From Raillietiella orientalis (taxonomy: Eukaryota): 64,000 bases of DNA. The notes under the pieces were generated by a model that did not search any database, was not told the DNA's origin, and saw nothing but the letters and a program-made list of their open reading frames with translations. Of this stretch, positions 51,098 through 63,349 are shown one piece after another. Positions within the stretch are counted from its first letter, which is position 1, and each line of letters starts with the position of its first letter. A program made the translations under genes and the position numbers. The stretch spans positions 4,154,001-4,218,000 of the forward strand of contig JAYWIR010000001.1 in the NCBI GenBank assembly GCA_036172245.1, given 5' to 3'.

Positions 51098-51768
51098 CAT
51101 TCAAGAATATCCGTTCGTAATTGAGAGGAGCCTTCTTATGATGAAAAATGCTTCCTGCTACAATGCAGTGAGCTGCCAGAGATTGTGCTTTACCAAGAAG
51201 ACAATGTTTGTCTTCGATGTTAATGGATATTTTCTGGAATAAGCAAGGCATAAGGCTTGCTTGGGTGAAATCCAAAGAGATGATCCAGACCCTGTACTAA
51301 GACCCTCTTCAAACAGAGATTTCACAAAATGCCTGTTATCCTCCTTCCATGATGCCGTTTCCCATGTGGCGGCCATGATGAATAATGTCTCAAGGTCTCG
51401 CACCAATGAGAATCGCTTGTTCTGTGAAAGTCACGTCATGAAAAATACACGAAGAAGCAACCTCAAAAGCGGAGCCGAGCGGGAAGCGCTCTCTCGGACA
51501 CTTGCTTCCCTCCGGCCGGGTGTCTGCATGGGCGGGAGAATGTGCTCTGCTGCTGTGGACCCTCACAAGCCAAGGAAATCATTCCTCTTCGAGTAAAGGA
51601 AAATCTCGACTCCCTGCTTGGATCGGTGCTTGCGTGAAGAATGCCCAGCTACCTCCACAAGGCGGCGCCTCTGAGAAGCATATCTCCATGAAAGCTTCGC
51701 AATCGTGAACTTGCTGCATGAAATTTCAAAAGTTTGTGCCACCCAAACATGAAATGCTCTTGTGCTTG

Positions 51769-52556
51769 CAGATGGAAGTCATTCTTCCTCTTGTGCGTTC
51801 TCTTCCCAGCGTTGAGGAGGAGACAAACGCACTCTCTTCTCGAGCTGCTGCCATGCTGACAGGATGGCATTTGAGCGAGACATGAGGTAAATGGACGTAT
51901 CACCAACACCTGTCAACCGAATGCTGCAAGGTACTTCTGACAGCAAGATGCCCGACTCGTTTTCAAGACGGAAATGCGTGAGTCAGTCGTGGGGAGAGAG
52001 CATCAGCGAAAAAGAAGCTGAACCAAAGACAAGTTTCGGTTGTTTAGTTTTTCGCCGTTTGATTGAGAAATGCTCACCACCCGCTTGAGAGCCGAAGAGG
52101 GTGGGTAGCGTAAGAAGAAAGGTTCAAGCTTTCAAAACGACGTGTCCAAGGAGCGAGACCCGAGGGCTCAGGAAAGACGGAGCAAACGGATGAAGAGGGG
52201 GGGAATTCCAAAGGACTCCACAGCATTTCGGAACCATGGGCAGCACCACATGAGATCTCGGAAGCATCCAGGAGCTGCATAAATCTGACCGCCTTCGAAA
52301 AGCTGTTATATTTTCGAAATAGCACCATGGCTTGAGCATTTAGAGGGCACGGAAGCGGGAAGAAATCCTTGGGCGCTCAATAAGGGGAAAGCGACTAGCG
52401 GGTTGCGACCTCGCTCACAAGTCTATTGCTTCCAACAAATCGCAAGGGAGGATCCCCCACCGTTTCTGCCATCTTCATCATCCAGCAGGAAGTTTCCCTG
52501 TTCAGCAAGGAAGACTAAAAAGAAACAACTTCCCGGAATGGAGCTCTCTCACCCTA
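51769..52556. repeat. Inverted repeat IR2, left arm (788 bp; partner 59784-60571)
   Basis: Mirrored ORFs have a constant coordinate sum of 112340; only a few substitutions seen. Confidence 0.95.
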
Positions 52557-52922
52557 TGCGCGTCTTCCCCCCCTCTCGTGGTTGTTTCAGCTGTTCCTTA
52601 CTACTGGTGAGATTACTATTGGCAGTGCCCAATGACGGGGTTTCCAGTAGATCTCCTGGAGTGCTGGACATTGCGGGCTCACATTCTCCTCCTTGCCCAA
52701 GTTCTCGTATAGCTTTGGCAGGATTTCGAGCTCCTTGAGAATCCTGTCCCTTTTCTGGGTCTCACATACCCAAGGAACCCCGTCCCGAAGGCATGTGATG
52801 AGGAGGGCACTTCTTTAGTGACGAAGTGCAAAGCCATGCCCCAGCACTGGGTTCCCTTTGTTTCCCTGACTTTTTAAAATGCCGTCAGGCTGCTTTATGA
52901 ATGGCAGGAGAACTTCAATGAT

Positions 52923-53535
52923 GATTATCACCGAATTATGCCGGGGCATTCATTACGTAAACAGATAAAAGCATATTGGTGTGGTACAACCGTTGGTTCT
53001 GCAACGCGCAATGAACCTGCTGAAGAGCAGCACGCAGACCGGTGAGGTCCGCGTCGGCAACGTCGGGGAAGCGAAAATAGAAACAAAAAGAATAAACACA
53101 CAAAATAGGAAAAGTAGAAGTTTTTACGCAGGGGAGGGGTCGCGATATGCTTCCAGGTTCTCTGCACTCTATTCAGGATGCTGGCAAGTTCCGTTCCTGG
53201 GGCCATCTCGAGGCGGTCTTCAGGAAGATCCACGATTAGTGGATGGCATTTTGTCACTTCGGCCTCTTCTTCTGGCATTTCAGGCCGCCATGATCTCAGC
53301 GAACACAAGGAACTGTGAAGGATGCGGCTGGTGGCAGAGCGGCACGTGCTGCCGCAGCCGCGTTTGAAAATGTCCCTGGGGCTGCCTACCGGGATACGTA
53401 GGGTCGTCGCGAGGCGATCCCAAAGGTGTCGGAGGACAGCATAGTCCAACAGCAGATGCGAGAGGTTCTGCTTCTCGCCGCACCTGTCCCACTCAGCACC
53501 CAACCTCCTTTAGTATCCCACGGAGAGGTACTTAA
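52923..53535 (-). mobile_element. L1/Tx1-like LINE 3' fragment (zf-RVT + 3'UTR)
   Basis: DRCGEKQNLSHLLLDYAVLRHLWDRLATTLRIPVGSP, T-tract, and terminal AATGAATGCCCCGG...GGTGATAATC. Confidence 0.85.
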
Positions 53536-53541
53536 AGTACC

Positions 53542-55153
53542 TTGGCGTTGGGGGACTTCTGCCAGTCAGAAGCTTGGTCAGGTCGTCTCCAGAAAGTGGA
53601 GTCGGCGATCGGCCCGTTCCTGGAAGGCAAGTTTCACTTTCCGGAACGGGCCGCGGTGTGGAACGCGTTCGCGGCCCCCCTCCTTCGCCCCCTGCTTTTT
53701 GTTTGCCCTGTACCCCGCAACATAAAGAAGAAAACCAAGGACCTCCTGCGCATCTCCCTGTGGGGCAGCGGGAGGCCTCGTGCGCCTCTGCAGGACTTGT
53801 GCGCTCCACGTCGGGATGGCGGTCTTGGTCTCCTGACGCTGGAGCGGATGGAAATGCAGCTGCGACGGCGAACTTTGGCCATCACGGCGAAGTACTGGAG
53901 CACCCATTGGTGCGATCCGGTCCGCCCCCTCGCCAGACGTGTATCCAGAGCAAGAGGGCTCTCCTCTTTTCTTCTGTACCCCGGCCAGAAAATAAGAAGA
54001 TGCGGCCTTCTCCTCGGACGCATGGCCACCCTGGCCAAGGAGAACGGCTGGATGGCCTGCAGCCCCGCCAACTCCAGAGCATGACTGGAAGAAACAGTTG
54101 GCACGTGGGCGAAGTTAAACCAGTCAAGTGGTGAATCCTGGAACAGCCTGCGAGGCCGGCATCTACACCCGCTGCACGCTGCGGAACATGCTCGAGTGTC
54201 CCGCCAGAAGCACGTGGGCGGAGACGACCCCACTGATCACGTTGCTGCCCTTCTTGAGGAGGGAGCTCGGCAGCAGCCGAACGCCGAGGTGACAAGTCTC
54301 CTGCCGGATAGCGGGCAAGGAGAAGCTGTTAAGCGGTTGGACCATGAGGAAACTGGCTGATGTCGTGACCCCAAGCGTCCTCCCGCGAGGAATTCAGGGA
54401 TGGGGCGAGCTGCTGGGCATCCCGCTGGATGATCTAAAGTGACCCCCGGTATTTAGAGACGTATCCACCCTCCCCCTCAACTGACAGGGATCGGCGCTGC
54501 TGTTGTTGCACTGGGGTCTTCCCTTCAACGCGCGCCGCCACCACTGGACGTTGGGGAACGTGGCACAGAACTGTGCAGTGTGAGGGGAGAAGGAATCCCT
54601 CCCCCACCTGTTAGCGGAATGCGCTGCCCTCTGGCCCTTGTGGGAACGTTTTGCTACGACCCTCCGGATGCCAGTCGGCAGTCCCTCCAGAGACGTTGTG
54701 CGACTGCTCTTCGTGCGAGACACCCTGCAACCAGCCTCAGCCCTGGCAGCGCTCTGCTGCCTCCGAGGGATTGTGGCTGCGTGGAGAGCAGCCAACAGAG
54801 GAAGCAGCCAGAGGAACCCCATCGTACACGCGGGTCGCTACCTGCGAATCGCGATCGGATTGTCCCATCTGGGAGCTATGCAGAGGGACCTCGAGGGCAT
54901 CCTGGAAAGGATGAAAGGATAGTCTCTTCCTCCAGAGGACAGTGATCCCTTCCCGGCCCTTCAAAGTGTTTCTTTTTTTTTTTGTTCCTTTTATTTTTCG
55001 TTTTGTTTTTTCCCCCAGCTCCCTCCGCTGCCGAAGAGTGTCGAGGCGGTCTGTGTACCGGTTTCTCGGCAGGTCCCATGAACTATTGGCCGTAGCGGGG
55101 CCTAGTACCGCAGAGATACTGTGTTGAGAAATAAACGCCCCGGTGTGACCGGG
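53542..55153 (+). mobile_element. L1/Tx1-like LINE 3' portion (post-RT region, zf-RVT, 3'UTR); best-preserved copy
   Basis: LWG...LCAPRRDGGLGL motif, LHWGLPFN, CAV*GEKESLPHLLAEC, stop at 54922, T-tract, AATAAAC followed by CCCGG-TGTGA-CCGGG. Confidence 0.9.
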
Positions 55154-55480
55154 TGGGAACTCCCCCAGTATCCAATGGCGGAAGCTCTCTTTGCAGGCGA
55201 TTCCCCCATGTAACACCAGCAGCACCAACTCCTGCCACTTGAGGGAGAGAGTGCCACTGCTCCAGCACGCTGGGGGCCACTTGACCTCCTCCAGAGGAAT
55301 GTAGAGCAGCTTGCCCCAGAATAGAAGTCCGTGGGGTAGGGATTCGTGGTCGCAGCGTGGGTCAATTCCCGGCTTGTCCTCGACCCCAGAAGTTTTTTCT
55401 TTGCTGCTATGCAGCAAGTCACTTTCCACCTTGACGGTATTACGGTGTCCCTTGTGTCCCTTAGGGAAGGCAGCACTGGG
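55154..55480 (-). mobile_element. LINE fragment upstream of zf-RVT, inverted against the preceding copy
   Basis: WGKLLYIPLEEVKWPP...TLSLKWQELVLLVLHGG, homologous to 54400-54520. Confidence 0.8.
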
Positions 55481-55649
55481 GTTGGCCTAGGATGATGGAA
55501 ATCCTTTGGGGTTTTGTTTCGCTGCTTTCCTTTCAGTTTTCTTTTGAGGGAGAGGGAGAGGAAGAAGGGAGGGTGTTTTTTGGTTCGCCGGGTGCTGAAG
55601 AACCGTTCGCCTCGTTAGGGGGTAACTCACAGTCCTCTATCACTGTATA

Positions 55650-56330
55650 CGCCATCCGACGCTCTTTCACTAGGGAAGAAAGACGATGAGCCATTCCAGG
55701 AGCCTTCTAGGAAGGCACCTTTCGTGGGTTTGGTAGGTGAGCTCGCCTCTGGATATCGGTTTTTACCTGGACTCCTCGCAAGAAAGATGACTCAGCATTA
55801 AGCCATATTCTTCCTTTGGGATCTGGTGTTTCCAGGATTAGGGGTGCTTTTCTTTGAATATAAGTATTGAAAATAGAAGGGATCGGCTCTGATCCAGTGA
55901 TTTCTACCCTGCATACATGATTTCATCGTTTCCAGGAGAGTTCTCCATCTTACAGAAAATTCTGACCACCTACTCGGCTGTAGAGAGAGTCAGTTTGGAG
56001 GGGAAGTTGGACCACTTCATTGATCCTGGTCCAAGAGCGAGTTTGCATGTCCTGTAAATTTAGACAAGTTGTCAGAACCCTCCTCGTCCTAATGTCGCAT
56101 TCATGAACCAGGATGTTCCAGGATCACTGATGAAAGACTAGGAAGGGAAAGGGTAACCCAACGTGACCTTAACAGGATCACCAGTCGTGGAGAGGAGAAA
56201 TGGCAATGCCTGAAGAAAATCAATCGTTTCCCACGCCTCTTTCAAAATGAGGAGCAAAGAATTTGATGATTTTCTCGTCTTTCGATTGAGAGAACTTGTA
56301 GGCGAGATGAGGGCAAGCAAATGTATGCGG
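55650..56330 (-). mobile_element. Degenerate LINE APE fragment
   Basis: SSLN...TIDFLQ...MYAG in APE motif order. Confidence 0.4.
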
Positions 56331-57989
56331 AGAACCAAGGGACTCGTTTTGGGGTCAGCCTTTTCGTCTTCGGGATTGACCATCCTTTCGCGTGGATATG
56401 AATATCACTCCTATCTGTGATGATGCCATGCTTTCGTGAAGAGAAAATGGAGGTTAAAAGGTCGGCGATGGGAAATTAACGAAGCTACGAAGCTGACAGT
56501 AAATGAGTGAATGATCGACGTTCATCCGGATTCCTCTTGACAGTGTCATGGAGTCGACCCCACATCAAGGGTCCAGCACGAATCCCCAATCCACATACAC
56601 CTTTGCATATGCATGCCTGCGTGTTTGCACCGAACATATCTCGAACTCTGTGACGCATATGTGTTCAGAATCAACCCTGGGAATAGAAGAATAACCACCG
56701 GAATACTTGAGCAAGGACCCGGAACTCTCATTTGCAGTCTGAGAAGCACAGCTCGACCAAGCACAAGAGTTTCAGTGGCTCAGTCCTTCTCCGCACCCCT
56801 GCGCCGTCGTGCAACCGAGAAAAGAGTTGCGATCAGCGTTTGGAATCGGAGTTTGGTTGCCGAAAAAATGCCATGGCGTATGCAGGCAATTTCAGTTGGG
56901 TCGGTGAGAAGTCGGTCCTCGAATTCGTTCTTCCCTTCGTATGGATATCCAGCAGCGACAGGCACCGGAGAAAGCAAGATTTCTTATTTGCCGGCCATCG
57001 GATCTGTTTCTTCGATTGATTATTTATGAACATGAGTTATTTCGTGAGATTAAACGAATGACCGGTACTCAGCTGCAGCATCACATGAATCATTTCCTTT
57101 GCTAAGATTCCATCCGCTTTCCCGGTCTTCTCATAGCAGCAGCCAATACCTGCTTCCATGAAATTGGTATAATGGATAAAATTGCATTTTTCATATCATG
57201 TACACACGTTTGTACATTATATACAGTTTGCTTTGTTTTACTGATTCTGGTCTTCCGATTCTCATTGAGAGGATGGATTTACAGAGGAGGATCCTTGCCA
57301 CTCTTTTCTTCTTTTTTTTTGTATTTGCATCTACACATTGCATGAAAAATTGCATTTCTCTCCTACTCATTTTGTAGGTATTTTTCCACTTCGGTGGAGA
57401 CGGAAAGCAGACTTGAGAAGGAGTTTTTCTCCCAGGGTATTGTTTCTTTGTTTTTACTGGTTTTTTTTTTGCTGTTATTTGTTCTTTTCCGGATTCTTCA
57501 CTCTGCATTGGGCAGTGATTCTGCAGAGTAGGCGAGCGTATCCGATTTTCCTGAGCAACAAACAAAGCATTCATCTCTTTTTCCATTCCAAATGGTAGTG
57601 GTACGAGGATGCTCTCGCACGGAAGTCTCTCTGGGACATCGGAACGCCGGGGCGGACCAGCGATCCTAAATGGAACCGTGTCTTTTCCGGGCGTGTGGCT
57701 GTTTGCATGATTCCTATTGCTGATAACGGTTTACTTTTCGCTGAGGACGACCAAACCGAGTAGCGACATGTGCAGCATGTAGGCAGCAGGTCACCAAGCG
57801 TCCCGGGGGGTGGGGTGAGGGTAAATCTCCAAGCCCTCTGGACGGACGGAGATGGAGAGTCCACAATGATGACAGGAGGATTCAACTGTGACAAACGGAT
57901 GAGAAGCGAATTTCCCACTGTAATCAATTCGTGATCCCACGCGAGGAAGCGCGGAACACCCTTCATCCAGAAACTTTAAAGGGCACGAG

Positions 57990-58575
57990 CAAGGCAGAAT
58001 GTATCTGCCTACGAAACAGCAGATACACTCCTCAGTCGTTGCGGGAGATCCTGAGTAACCAGGGATCTGCTTTGGGCGTCGTTCACCCTCCTTGCCCCAG
58101 TAGTGCTTGTGTAGCTCCAGACCACCAGAACCCCACGTAAGCAGCAAAGAGCTGCTGAGAATGCGGCAGGCGAAAGGGTGTTGCGAACGAAGAAGCTCTT
58201 TATCACGTTCCTGGGATTGTCCGTCAGTGCGCCTAGGGCCGACCCGTGGTGCACAGCGTGACCACAGGAGCCGGAGGGCAACACAGTATGAGTAGGTGCG
58301 GGAGGAATTCCTGTTCTCCACACCTGCAACAGTCGCCGTCCACAGCCCTCCGGGTTCAGTGAGAACCTTACATGGGAGGACCCAGTGTAACAGCAGAAGT
58401 GCCGACTTTTGTCACTTCAGAGGGAGGGTCCGGCTATTCTTAAGCGCTGGGGAGTACTCGAGATCTTCCTGTAGGTTTCTCAGCAGCTCATCCCAGAGCA
58501 ATAGTCCTTTTGGTGGGGCAGCTGTGGTCGCAGATTCCGTGAGCTGGCCCGTAGCCCAACCACCTAGTTCCTTCA
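57990..58575 (-). mobile_element. LINE zf-RVT fragment (close relative of 61045-61720)
   Basis: Reverse complement strongly similar to 61045-61297 and 61531-61720. Confidence 0.8.
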
Positions 58576-58629
58576 TCCGAAGACCTATTTTGCAACTGAC
58601 CTTCCATTGGGCTCCTCGTTACTTCCCAG

Positions 58630-59288
58630 GTGCTCCCTGAGGAAGGGCAGCGCCTCTTCAGTTGTAGAGGGTTACCCTGGAGGGACTACTGTATGAATCC
58701 GGGGAGGCTCCGGAGGAGTCTGTCCCTCTCACGCTTGAAAGGTAACCCCAGATGGAACCTTTTCCTCAGTCTCTCTGGAAGGACCTCACGGTTTGTGGAA
58801 CGGTTCCTCATCTCTTCTTCGGAGGACGGAAAGATCCACTCCTAGAATTACTTCCTCGAAAGGGCTCATGGAAAGGAGCCATTCTTTCTTTCCTCCTCGG
58901 AAGAAAACTCCGAAGAAACGCTTCCCCGTTTCTCTGAAGGGACTTCCCCGAAGGGAGCAGAGCGCTTCTTTCACTCTGGAAAGGAGACCCGCCACGGGAA
59001 TAGCAGCCAGCTCCATAGTGTGGTGCCTTTTTACAACAAGAAAGGAAGGGCTCCTTGGTTCCTGATAGGATCTCAGGGGGTCAACTTCCAATCCCGGACA
59101 GTCAACGGGGTCATCCGGCTTTCAGCAGTGCCGCACCGGAAGCCATCAGGCCAAGCGGCGTCATCCTCCGAGAGGGACTCAAGACCCAAGACGCGCCTAT
59201 CATTTCTTGGCGTTGATCCTTCTCCCAGCGGGATTCGAACCCGCGACACTCGGTTCCGCGAGCAGATGCTGATCACACGAGGCCGCTG
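58630..59288 (-). mobile_element. tRNA-headed SINE-like element, copy 7
   Basis: Perfect T-arm GCGGG-TTCGAAT-CCCGC on the minus strand, core, subrepeats; distal part matches 39300-39420. Confidence 0.85.
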
Positions 59289-59303
59289 AAGCGGTCCAAC
59301 GAG

Positions 59304-60571
59304 GTCTCAAGGTGACTCCAGAGTCTGGATTCTCGGATGCGCTCCCGAGGAAAAACTCGCGACCGAGGATGCCGACACGAGAAGATCACGTGCTACGGAC
59401 CAGCATGCTCCCGGATTCACTCTTCTCTCAGCAGCATGCAGGACCGCACGCGTCGCGCTTCGAGAGAGCCTCTTCGGGGTCAGCCCGGCTATGACTCTCT
59501 CGTCTGAAGTCTCTTCAGCGAAAGATTGCAACCGTGTGGAAGAACCTTGGCCTGGCTGCTTGAGGAAGAGGCGGCGGTTGGCTCTTGCCTTCTTATCGTC
59601 AGTCTTCCTACCATCCACATCAGCGTCGTTTTTTTTTAGAAGAACGCTTTTTCTAGAGGGCTCTACCATTCGATGGCATCTCCCAACTGCCAGAAAGAAC
59701 CTCACCTTTGAGAAACTTCGTGAGACTGTGTCGTCGATCTCAGTGGCAAAGATGTTTAGGATTCCATAGGGCTCCACGTCACTTAGGGTGAGAGAGCTCC
59801 ATTCCGGGAAGTTGTTTTTTTTTACTCTTCCTTGCTGAACAGGGAAACTTCCTGCTGGATGATGAAGATGGCAGAAACGGTGGGGGATCCTCCCTTGCGA
59901 TTTGTTGGAAGCAATAGACTTGTGAGCGAGGTCGCAACCCGCTAGTCGCTTTCCCCTTATTGAGCGCCCAAGGATTTCTTCCCGCTTCCGTGCCCTCTAA
60001 ATGCTCAAGCCATGGTGCTATTTCAAAAACATAACAGCTTTTCGAAGGCGGTCAGATTTATGCAGCTCCTGGATGCTTCCGAGATCTCATGTGGTGCTGC
60101 CCATGGTTCCGAAATGCTGTGGAGTCCTTTGGAATTCCCCCCCTCTTCATCCGTTTGCTCCGTCTTTCCTGAGCCCTCGGGTCTCGCTCCTTGGACACGT
60201 CGTTTTGAAAGCTTGAACCTTTCTTCTTACGCTACCCACCCTCTTCGGCTCTCAAGCGGGTGGTGAGCATTTCTCAATCAAACGGCGAAAAACTAAACAA
60301 CCGAAACTTGTCTTTGGTTCAGCTTCTTTTTCGCTGATGCTCTCTCCCCACGACTGACTCACGCATTTCCGTCTTGAAAACGAGTCGGGCATCTTGCTGT
60401 CAGAAGTACCTTGCAGCATTCGGTTGACAGGTGTTGGTGATACGTCCATTTACCTCATGTCTCGCTCAAATGCCATCCTGTCAGCATGGCAGCAGCTCGA
60501 GAAGAGAGTGCGTTTGTCTCCTCCTCAACGCTGGGAAGAGAACGCACAAGAGGAAGAATGACTTCCATCTG
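59304..60571 (+). mobile_element. Degenerate L1-like RT core, containing IR3 left arm (59304-~59606) and IR2 right arm (59784-60571)
   Basis: APGFTLLSA, EEPWPGCL, TLFLEGSTI, R*SLSPY and YFKNITAF in RT motif order. Confidence 0.6.
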
Positions 60572-61044
60572 AAAGGAGCGGAGTTGATGGAGATTTCTTT
60601 GTAAGAGTCACTTATAAAGAAATCCTAGGATCCATCGTTGGCTCAGATTCCGGGGCTGCACTGGATGCTTTCTCCGGGATAAGGCAGGGATCTTTCTCAT
60701 CCCGGGTCCAACTCTTTGAGTGCGAGGAAGAAGCGGACAGGAGCAGCTGCGGTGGTGCAGATCTCCACACTCAGCACGCAGATCGAATTCAGGAGTAAGC
60801 ACTGGGTCAATGAGGAACGAAAGCGGCAGTGCATCCCAGAGTTTCTTAATGGGGCAACAGAAAGTCGCTTCTATAACAAAAGCTTCTATAACAACCGCTC
60901 GCTACAGAAAGTCATCGTGCAGCCCGCGACGTGTGCGCGGGAGCAAACAACCTTCCCAGCCGTGGCACCGCAATCCCTCAGGAAGCACTTGGGAAGTAAC
61001 CAGCATGCCAAATGGGGATTCATTTGCGGAATCAGAATACGAGG

Positions 61045-62095
61045 GAACTAGGTGGTTGAACCACGGGCCAGCTCACGGACTCTGCGACTCCAACTACCCT
61101 ACCAAAAGGACTATTGCTCTGGCACGAGCTGCTGGGAAACCTACAGGAAGATCTCGAGTGGCCCCCAGCGCTGAAGAACAGCCGAACCCTCCCCCTGAAG
61201 TGGCAAAAGTCGGCACTTCTGCTGTTGCACTGGGTTCTCCCATGCAAGGCTCTCACTGAACCCGGAGGGCTGTGGACGGCAACTGTTGCAGGTGTGGACA
61301 ATCTCTTAAGATACATTTGGCCACCGGGAGGTCGACGGCGTCCTCCTCTACGGAGGAGAAGAAGAGCAGGTGACGCAGAGAGGCGAGCATCCCAAGAGGT
61401 GCCTTGCAACGGTCGGGAGGGAGTGGGGGCCCTTGTGGTTGCAGTCGACTTGCGCAAAGGATTCGACTGAGTCGACCATGTGCTTCTTCTGGTGCTCCTG
61501 GAACGCATGGACGGATGACTGTGGATGGTTTGTTGCAGGTGTGGGGAACGGGAATTCCTTCCGCACCTACTCGTACTGTATTGCCCTCCGGCCCCTGTGG
61601 TCGCGCTACGCACCAGGTCGGCCCACCACGGACAATCCCAGGAACATGATGAAGAGCTTTTTCGTTTGCGACGCCCTTTCGCCTGCCGCACCCCTAGCAG
61701 CTCTTTGCTGCTTACGTGGGATTGAGGTGGGGCCTGGAGCTACGCGAGAAGAGAACGGCACGATAGGGACTCCACCGACTTCTCCCTGAGCTTCCTGCAA
61801 ACAGCAACAAGATGGCCTCACCTGGGGCATACTCGGATGGAAATTGCCGGCATCCTGGAAAGGAGGCAGAGGACGTCCTCCGGAGGACAACGATCCCTTC
61901 CAGTGCCTTCAGAGTTTTTTTTAATTATTGAGTTTTATTTTTGTTTTCCCCTCCCCTCCCTCCTCTGCCGAGGCGAACCTCGTCGGCCTGAGGGCCGGTT
62001 ACTCAACAGGTGCCGAACATTTTTGGACGATGTAGGGCTGATGGCTCTACACATGTATATTTATTATTTTTATAATAAACGCCTCGGCTTGATCT
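61045..62095 (+). mobile_element. L1/Tx1-like LINE 3' fragment with internal RT-fragment insertion
   Basis: TLPLKWQKSALLLLHWVLPC, T-tract, structured 3'UTR, AATAAACGCCTCGG. Confidence 0.85.
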
Positions 62096-62244
62096 AGTGT
62101 TAAACCAGGGGCGTTTCTCGCTGCCCGTCAATTCGAGGGATGCCGTCGTCCCCGATCCTGTAAGCGTCTCGACTCTCGTGGTGCCAGTCCTGTGGGAAAA
62201 AGGAGCAGATCCAACTCCTCCTCAACCTCACCATGGTAAGGGAG

Positions 62245-62547
62245 AAGGCAGACGATGGGAAGTCGAGAGCCAACCGCCGCCTCTTCCTCAAGCAGCCAGG
62301 CCAAGGTTCTTCCACACGGTTGCAATCTTTCGCTGAAGAGACTTCAGACGAGAGAGTCACAGCCGCGCTGACTCCGAAGAGGCTCTCTCGAAGCGCGACG
62401 CGTGCGGTCCTGCATGCTGCTGCGAGAAGAGTGAATCCGGGAGCATGCTGGTCCGTAGCACGTGATCTTCTCGTGTCGGCATCCTCGGTCGCGAGTTTTT
62501 CCTCGGGAGCGCATCCGAGAATCCAGACTCTGGAGTCACCTTGAGAC
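62245..62547. repeat. Inverted repeat IR3, right arm (~300 bp; partner 59304-~59606)
   Basis: Mirrored ORFs 59312-59494 and 62357-62539 (coordinate sum 121851); few substitutions. Confidence 0.9.
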
Positions 62548-62689
62548 AATGTTGGCTCGCTCGACGTCTGGACCTCGAGGATCGGGAAGGAGAGGAAGCC
62601 GTTCTCCTGCACCACGTCCCCCTTATTATCTACCCGCGGGCGGAAGCTCCGAGCCGCACTCCGAACTGCACCCGTAAGGACACAGAATA

Positions 62690-63323
62690 AATAAAAAGTT
62701 TGCCCAGGAGGGAGGAAAAAAAATAACGAATTCCCTGTTCCTCCCTTACTACCCACCCACCTACAAGGGGGGAGCAAGCCGCAAGGAGACCGCGGTAGGA
62801 GCGTGGGAAGTCTTTCTTCGACAAGGCACCGCCTCCAGGCTCGAAGAGCCGACGCAACGACAGCCCGGAAGTGCAACTCAGCAGGTTGAACGCCGCTTTC
62901 CAAGGAACTCTTGGACCTGGATCTCCCATGCGAGCCACACGCAGCTCCCTGGGATCCCGGTTTCGTCCTGACGGCTGTCGGAAGAGAGGCAAGGGAGGAA
63001 AGGACCGCAGCGGCTGAGCGGTCGGATTCCGCGCTCCCTTCGGTCCGCGCCCTCAGCAGCAGTGGAAGGTTCGCGGTGGTGACCCTCTGACGGAGCGCTC
63101 TGGCAAGCTCGGGGGATAAGTTTCCGCTCATCCCGAGCTCCGAAAGAACGGCTGCGGTTCCCACGCGTCGCGTAGGCTGGATGCGCGCGCGACCCGAGGT
63201 GACGACGAAGGACGATGAGCTCCGGAATTGCGGCGCCAGATGAAGGAAAGGTGCGAAGGAAGCCGTCAGGGCTCCAGCAATCGCACCTGGAAGGTGAAAT
63301 CGCGACAGGGAAGTGCCGACCAC
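62690..63323 (-). mobile_element. Divergent LINE ORF2 3' fragment
   Basis: FHLPGAIAGALTASFAPFL resembles FHFPERAAVWNAFAAPLL at 53633; ends in a T-rich tract. Confidence 0.5.
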
Positions 63324-63349
63324 CGCGGCTAAACCGGAAGAGGAGCATC

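Noticed and set aside
59225-59290. Functional tRNA genes at the GGTTCGAATCC sites
   Set aside because: Only the T-arm is well formed. Anticodon and acceptor stems are inconsistent between copies, and each head continues into a shared SINE body.
62100-63323. 407-aa ORF as a host protein gene
   Set aside because: It runs across a LINE fragment, a T-rich UTR tract and the IR3 arm, so it is a chance open frame through GC-rich repeat debris.
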